This document shows positions 44,101 to 52,194 of a stretch of DNA of 64,000 nt, piece by piece (positions within the stretch are counted from its first letter, which is position 1; every line of letters starts with the position of its first letter). The stretch lies in contig CAYJVB010000001.1 in assembly GCA_964373575.1 (NCBI GenBank), forward strand, positions 8,262-72,261, in the 5' to 3' direction. The notes under the pieces are model-generated. The model had not been told where the DNA came from. It did not search any database and saw only the letters and a program-made list of their open reading frames with translations. This DNA is from an uncultured archaeon (GTDB lineage: Archaea; Aenigmatarchaeota; Aenigmatarchaeia; CG10238-14). Position numbers and translations under genes: made by a program.

Positions 44101-44914
44101 CCCTTTCAGGTTGTGTGAACTCCTTCTCTCCAGGCTTATGTTCAGTCAGCTGTGACCTTGCCGAATTAATAATCGCATACTTGTCATCCGTAAGCTTGAA
44201 CTCAGGTGCAATAAGATGATAAAAATATCTTACCTTATTTGGAACCCTGTAAATCTCAACCTGCAAATTTCCTTGTACATCATATCTCTCAACAAGCCTC
44301 CCACCCTTCGGCGGAAGAAAAGCATACCTCGTCAACATGAAAATAGGTCTTATAAGAGGATTGAATATCTGCCTATAGACATCTCTATTTCCGATAACAT
44401 ATCCATACAAGTTATCCTTGACAAGGCTGATCAGTTTTGTCTTCTCCAACTCTTTGAGTACCGGCTCTAGAACATTCCTCACAAACATCAGATAGTAAGC
44501 CCCATCTTTTGTTGTTTTGACCTTTGAATAATATTGCCTCATCATCCTCCTTATCTTAACATACGCCCCAATGGGATCTCTTTTGACCATCTGTTCCAAA
44601 ACAACCTTGAATTGATTGAGCGGCGCACCTAATATCCTTGCCGCAGCCTGACCTCCAATTTTTGAAAAATCAATTCCTTGTGTAGCGAGTCTATCATAAA
44701 CATCAGCCACTTCTAACAACAGCTTTGTCTGATCATAGTCATATTCATACTCCCTTGTTTCAGCAAGAATAATCCTCTCAACCCTTTTGAGTTGAAGTAT
44801 CTTATCAATAACACTGCCCATTATAATGTCAGAATCTTCTAGATTAGTGCCGTACACACTGTTCATTACATTAACCTTCAGAATACCGTCAATCATTTCA
44901 TGCTCTAATGCCAA
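41165..44914 (-). CDS. Type IV pilus/secretion ATPase (GspE/FlaI/TadA/VirB11 superfamily) containing a large intein
   Basis: Walker A FAGGRSSGKSSLLGAT. Asp/His-box region RLGDSCLIVGEVRS is interrupted and resumes TEARALFEAMRIGALSNVVAGTIHGESP, matching the host motif IIVGEVRG.EA...TGH.G..TTIHA. A long N-terminal domain is typical of archaeal FlaI-like ATPases. Confidence 0.75.
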   Translation of the reverse strand: MALEHEMIDGILKVNVMNSVYGTNLEDSDIIMGSVIDKILQLKRVERIILAETREYEYDYDQTKLLLEVADVYDRLATQGIDFSKIGGQAAARILGAPLNQFKVVLEQMVKRDPIGAYVKIRRMMRQYYSKVKTTKDGAYYLMFVRNVLEPVLKELEKTKLISLVKDNLYGYVIGNRDVYRQIFNPLIRPIFMLTRYAFLPPKGGRLVERYDVQGNLQVEIYRVPNKVRYFYHLIAPEFKLTDDKYAIINSARSQLTEHKPGEKEFTQPERAREIFLNIGKDMINQMAAKNQYTPKELEEMVNILVRYTAGFGILELLLSDTKLQDIYINSPIGITPVYVLHDDYEECETNLIPTREDAESWATRFRLLSGRPLDEANPVLDTELFVPGGRARVGAITRTLSPEGLAYALRRHRDRPWTYPLFMNTKYMNSMFAGLMSFLVDGSRTILFAGGRSSGKSSLLGATMLEMMKKFRVISLEDTLELPITQLRDIGYNIERMKSRSVITRIESELPADDALRTALRLGDSCLIVGEVRSSIRGDQEVLVIENNVTKRVKIKDLENRGIKNYNVPTLDFNLKMNIRPLADFVKHPPRKKLIEITTKTGRKVTVTPDHSLFTATKDFRIAAIECDKLKPGNQVVIPSKMLCGFNDIDDLNLIDILPEFRLKNFEDAVRRSIQKVGWKKATEICKVTSGDIYNYFRAQKTNIPVHNFVQLMKATNTFYEPEELMITRGTGNPIPAVISVNEDFCKFLGYYVAEGYYDLTEGRGGRVVITNSNPEIIQEIVDISNKTFNIKPSFRSITGWGKSTQVHLFSSPLSTFLSKLECGRTSGDKRIPPLIFGLNRKKIAAFLRGLYSGDGNFTKSIRSGNAVRYYTTSKLLAEDLLYLLLVFGIVARIKEIRNKKSRKPLWTVEFKDRKMVKIFLKEVGFTKYDPVMIEAGWEHTKVNMVYFDKIELKKHLTRYPRKYRHLFRFEKCSKKYLERVVNDKECQTSGRLKNFAGGDFFLDEIVEIKEIELEKSEFVYDLSVNPSENFVGGFGGILLHNTEARALFEAMRIGALSNVVAGTIHGESPYGVFDRVVNDLGVTATSFKAIDVIVISGMIKSGDGLHRYRRILEVAEVRKHWKSDPMDEKGFVTLMEYSAKDDELKPTGTLLNGESLVVNEIAKRVRDWHGNWEAVWDNIELRAKMKQTMVDYANRLDRKDILEAEWVSLSNEMFHLISDDVKRDYGVLNPEEIFNRWDDWLRRQIRG
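41786..43309 (-). other. Intein (~508 aa; protein residues ~536-1043) with a LAGLIDADG homing-endonuclease domain, inserted in the Asp-box/His-box region of the ATPase
   Basis: The insert starts with Ser after GEVRS and ends ...GILLHN, followed by extein Thr+1. It has Hint-like blocks and LAGLIDADG motifs (FLGYYVAEGY, LRGLYSGDGNF). Removing it restores the contiguous conserved motif VGEVRS-TEARAL. Confidence 0.6.
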
Positions 44915-44963
44915 TTATATCACAATATGAAAAATAATATCTCTTTAGTAATCAAAATAACTA

Positions 44964-45365
44964 TTGGTTGTTATGGTATTCGACAAAAAACCTGATGAAG
45001 GAGGTTTTCAAACAGAACTTGTGAGAAGAATCAACGACGGCACAAGAAGGATAAGAATGATAGAGCAGAACATAGATGTTCTCAATCTTAAAATAATAGG
45101 GATAGAAGAGAGAGTGATCAGTGACATGGAATCATTGAAAAAAAATTTTGATCAACTTTTTTTAGACATTCAAGAAATAACAAAAACTATGAACGAGCTT
45201 AGAGGAGAAATTCTTAAGATTAACAAAAATTTGGACAAGACAGCAAAAAAAACAGAAGTCAAAGAGTTGGAAGGTCTTCTAGATTTGTACAATCCAGTAA
45301 AATCAACATTTGTTACAAGAGAAGAATTGGAAAGACTACTGGAAGAAAAAATTAGCAAGAGATAA
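44964..45365 (+). CDS. Coiled-coil protein (133 aa), divergent from the ATPase operon
   Basis: Heptad-rich Lys/Glu sequence with no TM. Confidence 0.35.
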   Translation: MVVMVFDKKPDEGGFQTELVRRINDGTRRIRMIEQNIDVLNLKIIGIEERVISDMESLKKNFDQLFLDIQEITKTMNELRGEILKINKNLDKTAKKTEVKELEGLLDLYNPVKSTFVTREELERLLEEKISKR

Positions 45366-45413
45366 TAAATATAAGTTAAGTCAATTCTATTATATTAATT
45401 AAGGTGCCTTCAA

Positions 45414-46106
45414 TTGATAAAATTTCTAGGTCTTGCAAATAAAAAGGAGCCGGAAAGAATGGAATCTTTTGGAAAAGGTTTTGTACCAGCTGATAGAGTA
45501 AAACAACTTACAGGCAAAGGATTTTCAGAACCGGAGATTATAGACATACTTAGAAAAGAGGGATTTTCTTCTGAAGAGATAGATCGCGCATTGACACAAG
45601 CATTAAAGATTGGTGTTACAGGTGAAGAAGGAACAGGGCAATTGCCTACACTAAGAGATCTTCAAGCACAGCCAACAACCACACAAGAAGGCAGTCAGCT
45701 ATTTAATCTACCCACAGGACATCACGAAGAACCCGCTTCACAACAACCTGCATATCAAGATTATTATCAGCAACAGGAAGGTTACAGTGCAGAAGAATTG
45801 GTTGAAGCGATAGTTGAAGAAAGAATGATGGAACTCGATGGCAAACTAGGCGAATTCCGAGAAAAATATTCAAATCTTGAAAGAAAAATTTCAGATATCC
45901 ATCATAGACTTGAAATACTAGGAAAGAGCAGAAGCCAAAGGGATGAGGTCCTTTTAACAAAAATAGATTCAATGAAAGATAGCTTGTCTGAAATAGAGGG
46001 AAAAATGTCTAGCCTTGAAAAAGCATTCAAAGACGTATTGCCAGCATTAATAGAAAGTGTTCGTTCACTAACAGACCTTGTGCAGAGACTAAAAAGAGAA
46101 AGTTAA
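45414..46106 (+). CDS. Hypothetical protein with a small N-terminal alpha-helical domain, a Gln/Thr-rich low-complexity linker and a C-terminal coiled coil
   Basis: GFSEPEIIDILRKEGFSSEEIDRALTQAL is a UBA-like helical motif. The linker is QAQPTTTQEG...QQPAYQDYYQQQEGY. A coiled coil follows. Confidence 0.35.
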   Translation: MIKFLGLANKKEPERMESFGKGFVPADRVKQLTGKGFSEPEIIDILRKEGFSSEEIDRALTQALKIGVTGEEGTGQLPTLRDLQAQPTTTQEGSQLFNLPTGHHEEPASQQPAYQDYYQQQEGYSAEELVEAIVEERMMELDGKLGEFREKYSNLERKISDIHHRLEILGKSRSQRDEVLLTKIDSMKDSLSEIEGKMSSLEKAFKDVLPALIESVRSLTDLVQRLKRES

Positions 46107-46139
46107 AATTATTTATTGATAGACTAACAAATTGGTAAT

Positions 46140-46649
46140 ATGGTTAGTCCGTTTGAAGCAGCAGCTCAAAAAATAGCAGAACTCGGTTTTTTTAATTTCG
46201 TGGTACCATTTCTTATTACAGGTGCAGTCTTCTACGGCTTATTAAAAAAATCTGGTTTCTTTTCTTTTGGTGTAAATGCAACCCTTTCAATATCAGTATC
46301 ATTCTTGATTTGGGGTTTCTTGGTTGCATCACCCGGAGTAGAATTAGGAACGGCGTTTTCTAAATTTTTTACTCAAATATCAGTCATAATATTATTGTTC
46401 CTATTTTCGATTGTCGGCGCGAGTATGTTCTTCCCTGATTTTAATGAAGCTTTGAAAGCGGCCTTCCCCGGCGGGTCATTTATGTGGGTATTTTTCGCAA
46501 TTTTTTTGATAATATTTTTTGTATCTAGCGGTTTAGGTGATATATCAGGTTTACCACTTTTTTTTGGAGGTCCTGGAGGTATAATGATATTAATTTTATT
46601 TCTATTATTCATAGGTGTATTGATAGCAACACTTGTTGCAAGACAATAA
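46140..46649 (+). CDS. Polytopic small membrane protein; member 1 of a tandem triplicated family
   Basis: Shared N-terminal signature ELGFFNFVVPFLITGAVFYGLLKKSGFF, then 4-5 TM segments. Confidence 0.5.
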   Translation: MVSPFEAAAQKIAELGFFNFVVPFLITGAVFYGLLKKSGFFSFGVNATLSISVSFLIWGFLVASPGVELGTAFSKFFTQISVIILLFLFSIVGASMFFPDFNEALKAAFPGGSFMWVFFAIFLIIFFVSSGLGDISGLPLFFGGPGGIMILILFLLFIGVLIATLVARQ

Positions 46650-46658
46650 GGTGAAAAA

Positions 46659-47234
46659 ATGCCAGAAATATTCAGACCAATAATTTTGCAATTGAGAGAA
46701 ATGGGAGCATTCAACTTCCTATTTCCATTTCTTCTAACGTCAGCAATTATTTATGGTCTTTTAAGGAAATCAAAAATTTTTGGTGCACCCACTGAAAACG
46801 TTGCAATTAATGCTGTAATATCTTTAGTTGCTGCATTCATGGTCTGGGCGTTTCCAGTAATGCAAGGCATTGATATTGAGACACAGTTGGCAGCATTTTT
46901 CGCACAAGGTACATTTATTACACTTAGCATGATTTTTGCAATGATGTTTTTTAGCGTGGTAGTGCCGGAACCTTCCGAAACGCTGAAAAAATATTTTACT
47001 GAAAATAGGGCAGCAACTTTTGTAGTAGTTGCAATAATAGCTGGTATTTTTATTTTTCTGACAAGCGGTCTTTTTAATTTGATAATACCGAAAGAAACTT
47101 TGGCCGGAATACCTTCAGATGTTTTAATGGGTTTAGGCGTGATATTAATAGCGGTAGTACCATTATTTTGGATAGCTAGTGGAGACAGACCAACTAACTC
47201 TGGTGGACAACAAAAACCCCAATCAGGAGGATAA
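46659..47234 (+). CDS. Polytopic small membrane protein; member 2 of the tandem family
   Basis: EMGAFNFLFPFLLTSAIIYGLLRKSKIF. An RBS-like aggtga lies 8 nt upstream. Confidence 0.5.
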   Translation: MPEIFRPIILQLREMGAFNFLFPFLLTSAIIYGLLRKSKIFGAPTENVAINAVISLVAAFMVWAFPVMQGIDIETQLAAFFAQGTFITLSMIFAMMFFSVVVPEPSETLKKYFTENRAATFVVVAIIAGIFIFLTSGLFNLIIPKETLAGIPSDVLMGLGVILIAVVPLFWIASGDRPTNSGGQQKPQSGG

Positions 47235-47235
47235 A

Positions 47236-47814
47236 ATGCCAACAACAGCACTTTCATCGGCCCTTGATGTTTTGAAACAGTTTGGAGTTTTCGAAGTATA
47301 TCTTCCATTTCTTTTGACATTCGCCTTGTTTTATGGTTTGTTAAAGAAAATGAATCTCTTCGGTGAGGGTTCAAATAAAATCACAACTGTTGTTGCCGGC
47401 GTAGTTGCAGCATATGTAATGATATTTTCACCAGCCGCAATACCCATTAGTCAATTCTTCGCAACATTCTTTACTCAGGCATCTGTCTTATTAGTTGTGT
47501 TATTGGTAGGTGTAATGGTAGTCGGCCTATTATGGTCATCACCTCATTTAGGATTGAAAGTACCCGATTTAACGAAATTAAGTCCATGGATTATACTAAT
47601 GGCATTTTTGATTGTTTTCGGAATGTTCTTTTCAAGCGGTGGCGTTCAATTGTTTTCAAGAGTTATACCATCCGGTGTCAATATAAGTGGAGAAGATGTA
47701 GCATTAATTTTACTTGTTTTGATGACTATAGGTGTGATATTCTTCTTGGTTAGTGGAGATAAAGAAGAAAGATCTGGAGAAAGAGGTCACGGTTGGAGAC
47801 TTGCTCCATATTAA
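47236..47814 (+). CDS. Polytopic small membrane protein; member 3 of the tandem family. The ORF-track ORF 47179..47814 is trimmed here to the ATG after a ggagg RBS.
   Basis: MPTTALSSALDVLKQFGVFEVYLPFLLTFALFYGLLKKMNLF. Confidence 0.5.
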   Translation: MPTTALSSALDVLKQFGVFEVYLPFLLTFALFYGLLKKMNLFGEGSNKITTVVAGVVAAYVMIFSPAAIPISQFFATFFTQASVLLVVLLVGVMVVGLLWSSPHLGLKVPDLTKLSPWIILMAFLIVFGMFFSSGGVQLFSRVIPSGVNISGEDVALILLVLMTIGVIFFLVSGDKEERSGERGHGWRLAPY

Positions 47815-47857
47815 CTCAATATATGTAATCAAAGACTAAATAATTCATTTCTGGAAA

Positions 47858-48253
47858 TTACCACAAATTATATTGTTGTTTTGCTTGTTCTGAAGCAGCT
47901 ATTAGTGATGTTATACCTTGTACACCTTGGCTTAATTGGTAATGAGTATGTGTTAATTGTATCATATCAGCATCATATAATGCTTTAAAGCCTTCTATTA
48001 ACTGACCGGCTGTTTGAGCCATAGTTTGAGCATATAGTTGAAGAGCAGGATCTTGTGCACTGTTTTCAATAAACTGTTTATAAGCTACGAGTGCACCTAG
48101 TATTTCCCCCCATTTTTGGGCCCTGTCTTTGTCGGCAACTGCTTTCTGTAGCGGTTCGGTAAATTGTTGATAATCTCTATAAAATTTTGCAATTTTTCCT
48201 ACTTCTGGCTGTAAGGGTTCGTATAAGGCATTTACGAAATCTTGTGGTGCCAT
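47858..48253 (-). CDS. Hypothetical soluble alpha-helical protein (131 aa); locally higher GC than its surroundings
   Basis: Clean ORF rich in Gln/Ala. No motif recognised. Confidence 0.4.
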   Translation of the reverse strand: MAPQDFVNALYEPLQPEVGKIAKFYRDYQQFTEPLQKAVADKDRAQKWGEILGALVAYKQFIENSAQDPALQLYAQTMAQTAGQLIEGFKALYDADMIQLTHTHYQLSQGVQGITSLIAASEQAKQQYNLW

Positions 48254-48299
48254 AATTTATCACTACTCTATAGTAGTATTATATACTATTTAAGCATTT

Positions 48300-48539
48300 C
48301 TATTCCAGACTAGATACTTTGATTAATCCCATTTCCTTCCCGATTTCGACCCACGCCCAAGACCAAATAATCGATTCAAAAGCAAGGACATAATCTCCTT
48401 CTTTCAACCAGTGTTCACAATCATCAACATAAGCCTGGATATTTCTAATAAAATCAGGTTTACCCTTGATATTTTTCATCTCTTCTTTAACCTTTTCAAG
48501 CCACTTCTCAATCTCTTCTCTAGGAACCCTATCTCTCAT
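48300..48539 (-). CDS. Small conserved hypothetical protein (79 aa), co-oriented and overlapping with dph5
   Basis: 4-codon overlap with the downstream diphthine synthase gene. Contains acidic and Trp-rich helices. Confidence 0.4.
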   Translation of the reverse strand: MRDRVPREEIEKWLEKVKEEMKNIKGKPDFIRNIQAYVDDCEHWLKEGDYVLAFESIIWSWAWVEIGKEMGLIKVSSLE

Positions 48540-49302
48540 CTCTGAACATCTCCAAATACTCCCTTTCCGTAAAATGCAAAGATCCAGGCACTATAATCAA
48601 CATTGGCGGTTCTCCAAAATCTCTATCTAACATATCATTTACCTTTCCATAAACTATCAACGGTTTCTCACTATTAGCCCTGGCAAAAACAATAACATCA
48701 GTATATTCAGTGAAAACCTCCCCTCCCCTCCCCTTTTCCATCTCTAAAAATATCTTCATCCCCTCATTAGCAGTCATTATCTTCTTCTTTTCAACATCCA
48801 TATCCAACAGCATCAGTGTATGCAATCCCCTCTCTTTATTATCTCTCAATCTATCATAAGCCGAAAACGGCATTTTACCACCAACCTTCTCAAGATAAGG
48901 AATAGTTATCGTAGTTCCAAACTTGTACATATGCAGCCCGCACTCACTTACAGCTGAATATATAGAAGATGCGTGTACAATCTTCGTCTCAACACCTTCC
49001 TGCATAGCCTCATGCTTCAAAGCTATATGTGTTGTCGCAACAAAAGGATCGCCACCAACAAGCAACCCAACCCTCTTTGTCTTCGCCGGTTCAAGAATAA
49101 TATCTGTTTGCTCTTCCACTTGCTCTCTAGACAATTCAATAATTTTTTTTCCAATGAGCTTTCCCAATTTTTCTCTATCCGTGTTCATCTTCTGTGTATA
49201 AAATTCCACAAACAACACATCACATTTCTTAGCTACCTCTAACCCCTTCAAACTAATATCCTTCTCATCATAAAGCCCAATGCCAATAAAATACAGAACC
49301 AC
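48529..49302 (-). CDS. dph5: Diphthine synthase (EF-2 diphthamide biosynthesis methyltransferase)
   Basis: MVLYFIGIGLYDEKDISLKGLEVAKKCDVLFVEFYT is a tetrapyrrole-methylase-fold N-terminus typical of Dph5. Confidence 0.85.
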   Translation of the reverse strand: MVLYFIGIGLYDEKDISLKGLEVAKKCDVLFVEFYTQKMNTDREKLGKLIGKKIIELSREQVEEQTDIILEPAKTKRVGLLVGGDPFVATTHIALKHEAMQEGVETKIVHASSIYSAVSECGLHMYKFGTTITIPYLEKVGGKMPFSAYDRLRDNKERGLHTLMLLDMDVEKKKIMTANEGMKIFLEMEKGRGGEVFTEYTDVIVFARANSEKPLIVYGKVNDMLDRDFGEPPMLIIVPGSLHFTEREYLEMFRDER

Positions 49303-49983
49303 TTATATCCCACTATACAATCTCAATGCTAAAAAATCTGGAAGGCCAAATTTAATAATCTTTTGCGCAGCTTTCTCTATATCATAATCCACCCTAATTA
49401 TCTTTGCAAAAAGTCTTTCAACATCTATAATAGCAAAACTCGCCTTAGGATTAGAATCTCTCGGTTGTCCCACAGAACCCGGATTCAATATTAACTTGTT
49501 TCCAATTCTTTTCACGAAAGGAACATGTGTATGTCCCATTACTATTACATCAAAATATATATCCTTAACAAAATCACTATTGACATAAGTAGGATGTACA
49601 TATTCCCAAATAGGATTCCTCGGTGACCCATGAACCATCAATATTCTGTGATCTTTAACCACTACCTCATTTCTCTCTGGAAATTTTAAAATGAATTTTA
49701 CATCATTTTCTTCTAGATCATCGATAGTCAACAATATTGATTTAGCTGCATTAATATTGAACCATGTAACATTGTGGGTAACAACAGCCAAATCATGATT
49801 CCCCATAACAGAAGGTATATGAAATTCTCTAATTAACTTCAAACATTTGGATGGTGAAGCCCCATAGCCAACAACATCGCCGCAACAATATATCTTATCA
49901 ATTTGCTGTTTCTCTATCTCCTGCAGCACAGCTTCAAAAGCCTCCAAATTACTATGAACATCTGAAATTATAGCAAGTTTCAT
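49303..49983 (-). CDS. Calcineurin-like metallophosphoesterase (YfcE/MJ0936-like)
   Basis: ISDVHSN, GDVVGYG, GNHD and MGHTH phosphoesterase motifs. Confidence 0.75.
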   Translation of the reverse strand: MKLAIISDVHSNLEAFEAVLQEIEKQQIDKIYCCGDVVGYGASPSKCLKLIREFHIPSVMGNHDLAVVTHNVTWFNINAAKSILLTIDDLEENDVKFILKFPERNEVVVKDHRILMVHGSPRNPIWEYVHPTYVNSDFVKDIYFDVIVMGHTHVPFVKRIGNKLILNPGSVGQPRDSNPKASFAIIDVERLFAKIIRVDYDIEKAAQKIIKFGLPDFLALRLYSGI

Positions 49984-50008
49984 AATATATATTTCATAAA
50001 TTAAAGTT

Positions 50009-50833
50009 ATGGGTTTTTCTATTCCAAAAAGTTACGAGATAATCGGGTCAAAAGAATCTGCGATAGCTATAGTGGAAATACCAAACAACTTGAGAAAGAA
50101 AGAAAAACTGATAGCGAAAGAGATTATGAAAAGGCACAAAAATGTTAAAACAGTATTGAAAAAATTGTCTGAAAGAAAAGGAAAATACAGAACAAGAGAA
50201 TTTAAAATACTTCTAGGTTCAAAAAATACAGAAGTTCTGCACAAAGAATTTGGGTGCATGTTTAAATTGGATCCAACAAAAGTTTATTTTTCATCGAGGG
50301 AGAGCACAGAGAGATTTAGAATTGCCAATTTAGTTAAACCAAAAGAAACAGTAATGGTGATGTTCGCAGGAATAGGCGCCTTTCCAATTGTTATAGCAAA
50401 ACACAAACCCATGATAAAGCAAATAATTGCTATCGAAATTAGTCCCATAGCAGTAGCCTACATGAATGATAATTTAAGACTAAACAAACAGCAAGAAAAA
50501 ATTCTATCAATTCTCGGTAATGTAAAATTCAAAGCAAAAGGCTGGTTTGGAAAATGTGACAGAATTGTTATGCCTCTACCACATGATTCATGGAAATACT
50601 TTGATACAGCGTTGAAATGCATCAAAAATAAAGGTGATATTCATCTCTATACTATTGCAAGCGAAAAAGATATAGAAGTGGTGACAAAAAAGCATATGAA
50701 TAAATATGATAACATAATTTCCAAATATTCGATAAAAAAAGTTCTTCCTTATGCACCACGCATTAACAAATATTGTGTTGATATCAAAATTAAACTAAAG
50801 AGAAAAGTCCAGCGCCCGCATAAGCGACGATGA
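50009..50833 (+). CDS. Trm5/Tyw2-family class I SAM-dependent tRNA methyltransferase
   Basis: ETVMVMFAGIGAFPIVIAK matches the SAM-binding motif of Trm5/TYW2 (D.FAG.G.F.I). Overall length ~270 aa. Confidence 0.6.
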   Translation: MGFSIPKSYEIIGSKESAIAIVEIPNNLRKKEKLIAKEIMKRHKNVKTVLKKLSERKGKYRTREFKILLGSKNTEVLHKEFGCMFKLDPTKVYFSSRESTERFRIANLVKPKETVMVMFAGIGAFPIVIAKHKPMIKQIIAIEISPIAVAYMNDNLRLNKQQEKILSILGNVKFKAKGWFGKCDRIVMPLPHDSWKYFDTALKCIKNKGDIHLYTIASEKDIEVVTKKHMNKYDNIISKYSIKKVLPYAPRINKYCVDIKIKLKRKVQRPHKRR

Positions 50834-51281
50834 TATGTCTAATGAATTTTCCACTTACTAAAGCAACGATATATTTTTTGAAGTCATATCTGATAATACC
50901 ACAAAAAATCGATACAACGTCCAACGGAAGTGGTAGCAGTGATGCAATAAACACCAATATGAAAGCACCATGTTTCTCAAAGCTCTTTCTTGTGCTATCT
51001 ATTTGTTTCTGATATTTCTTTTCTAAAATCTCTTTTCCACCCAACCCAAGAACATATGCTAGAGAATCACCTATTACAGATCCTACAGTACCAAAAATCG
51101 CAACCCCAAAAGGATTCAATATTCCACCAGCAGCAAATATCAAAGCTTGTGAAGGGAACGGAAAGAAAAACAAACTCGCACTTGAAATTAGCGAAAAAAC
51201 AAACACACCTAGATATCCCCACTGGTAAATCAAATTATTACTATTTGTCAAAACTGCGGTTATAATATCAGAAACAACCAT
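50790..51281 (-). CDS. DedA/TVP38-family membrane protein
   Basis: GYLGVF..., IFAAGGILNPFGVAIFGTVGSVIGDSLAYVLG and the TM topology typical of the DedA (SNARE-associated) family. Confidence 0.6.
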   Translation of the reverse strand: MVVSDIITAVLTNSNNLIYQWGYLGVFVFSLISSASLFFFPFPSQALIFAAGGILNPFGVAIFGTVGSVIGDSLAYVLGLGGKEILEKKYQKQIDSTRKSFEKHGAFILVFIASLLPLPLDVVSIFCGIIRYDFKKYIVALVSGKFIRHIIVAYAGAGLFSLV

Positions 51282-51324
51282 GATTCTCTATTGAATAAAA
51301 AGATTTAAAAAACCGATAATCCTC

Positions 51325-51882
51325 TTAAATTACAATAAATGCAAGAACTGTTAATAGCACTAGAAAACCCCACATCTCAAAATTCCATAGCATTATTTTA
51401 CTTCCATCCAATGGGGGAATGGGCAACAGATTGAATATAGCTAACATAGCATTAATCTGAGCTAACAAGTGAAATATTTCACCACTGAGAATTCCAAATA
51501 ACCAGGCAAAAATAATATTTATACCAACACCAGCCAGCGCAATATGTCCTAAATCTCTAGGAGTTACTTTTATCACTTTTATTCCCCATCTTCCGAACTT
51601 GTAAGGAACTATCTCAACATATCCTGGAGCAAAAAATCTAATAGGCAAAACCAGCGTAACCAGCCCCGCTAATATACCAAACGGCCACATCTTGAATGTT
51701 GCGGTGCAATCAAGTTTTGAGGCCCACATTTTATGACCCATCTCATGAAGGAAAAAAGATAGAAAAATAACAACTAAAGCTAAAAAGAATTTCTCCTGTA
51801 AATTAGGATAGGCAAAAATTAACGCTAAAGCAAGGATTGATATCGTAAAATCTCTTAGTTCTTCAACTGTAAAAAGCTTCAT
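51325..51882 (-). CDS. M50-family (site-2 protease-like) intramembrane zinc metalloprotease
   Basis: HEMGHKMWASK HExxH motif within a TM helix, and a later LDGS-like motif (PPLDGSKI). Confidence 0.6.
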   Translation of the reverse strand: MKLFTVEELRDFTISILALALIFAYPNLQEKFFLALVVIFLSFFLHEMGHKMWASKLDCTATFKMWPFGILAGLVTLVLPIRFFAPGYVEIVPYKFGRWGIKVIKVTPRDLGHIALAGVGINIIFAWLFGILSGEIFHLLAQINAMLAIFNLLPIPPLDGSKIMLWNFEMWGFLVLLTVLAFIVI

Positions 51883-51981
51883 ACAAATGATTTCGTTTTG
51901 TTTTTATTAATTTGTTATTTTGTTGCCGCTATGGGAAAGCATAAATACGATTACGTTATATTATTTGTGTGATAAAAATGG

Positions 51982-52194
51982 GTGAAAGCCTTTGCATCCA
52001 GAAGAATCATCTTAGCTTTGTCTAGTCCTAAAACTCGTTTAGAACTTCTTAGAATAACAAACCTTCCTGATAGAACATTAAGATACAATATCGCAATTCT
52101 GAAAAAGAAGAAATTGGTAAGAGAAACTCTAATTTTCACCGATATGCGAGCCAAGATGTTCGTTTTAACTTCAGGAGGTAGTGAAAATGTATAA
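51982..52194 (+). CDS. Small winged-helix regulator-like protein
   Basis: LALSSPKTRLELLRITNLPDRTLRYNIAILKKKKLV is an HTH-like segment. Confidence 0.4.
   Translation: MKAFASRRIILALSSPKTRLELLRITNLPDRTLRYNIAILKKKKLVRETLIFTDMRAKMFVLTSGGSENV

Noticed and set aside
47858-48253. A slightly higher-GC gene, considered as a horizontally transferred or toxin-like element
   Set aside because: It has no recognisable motif, no partner gene and only a modest compositional shift. It is reported only as a hypothetical CDS.
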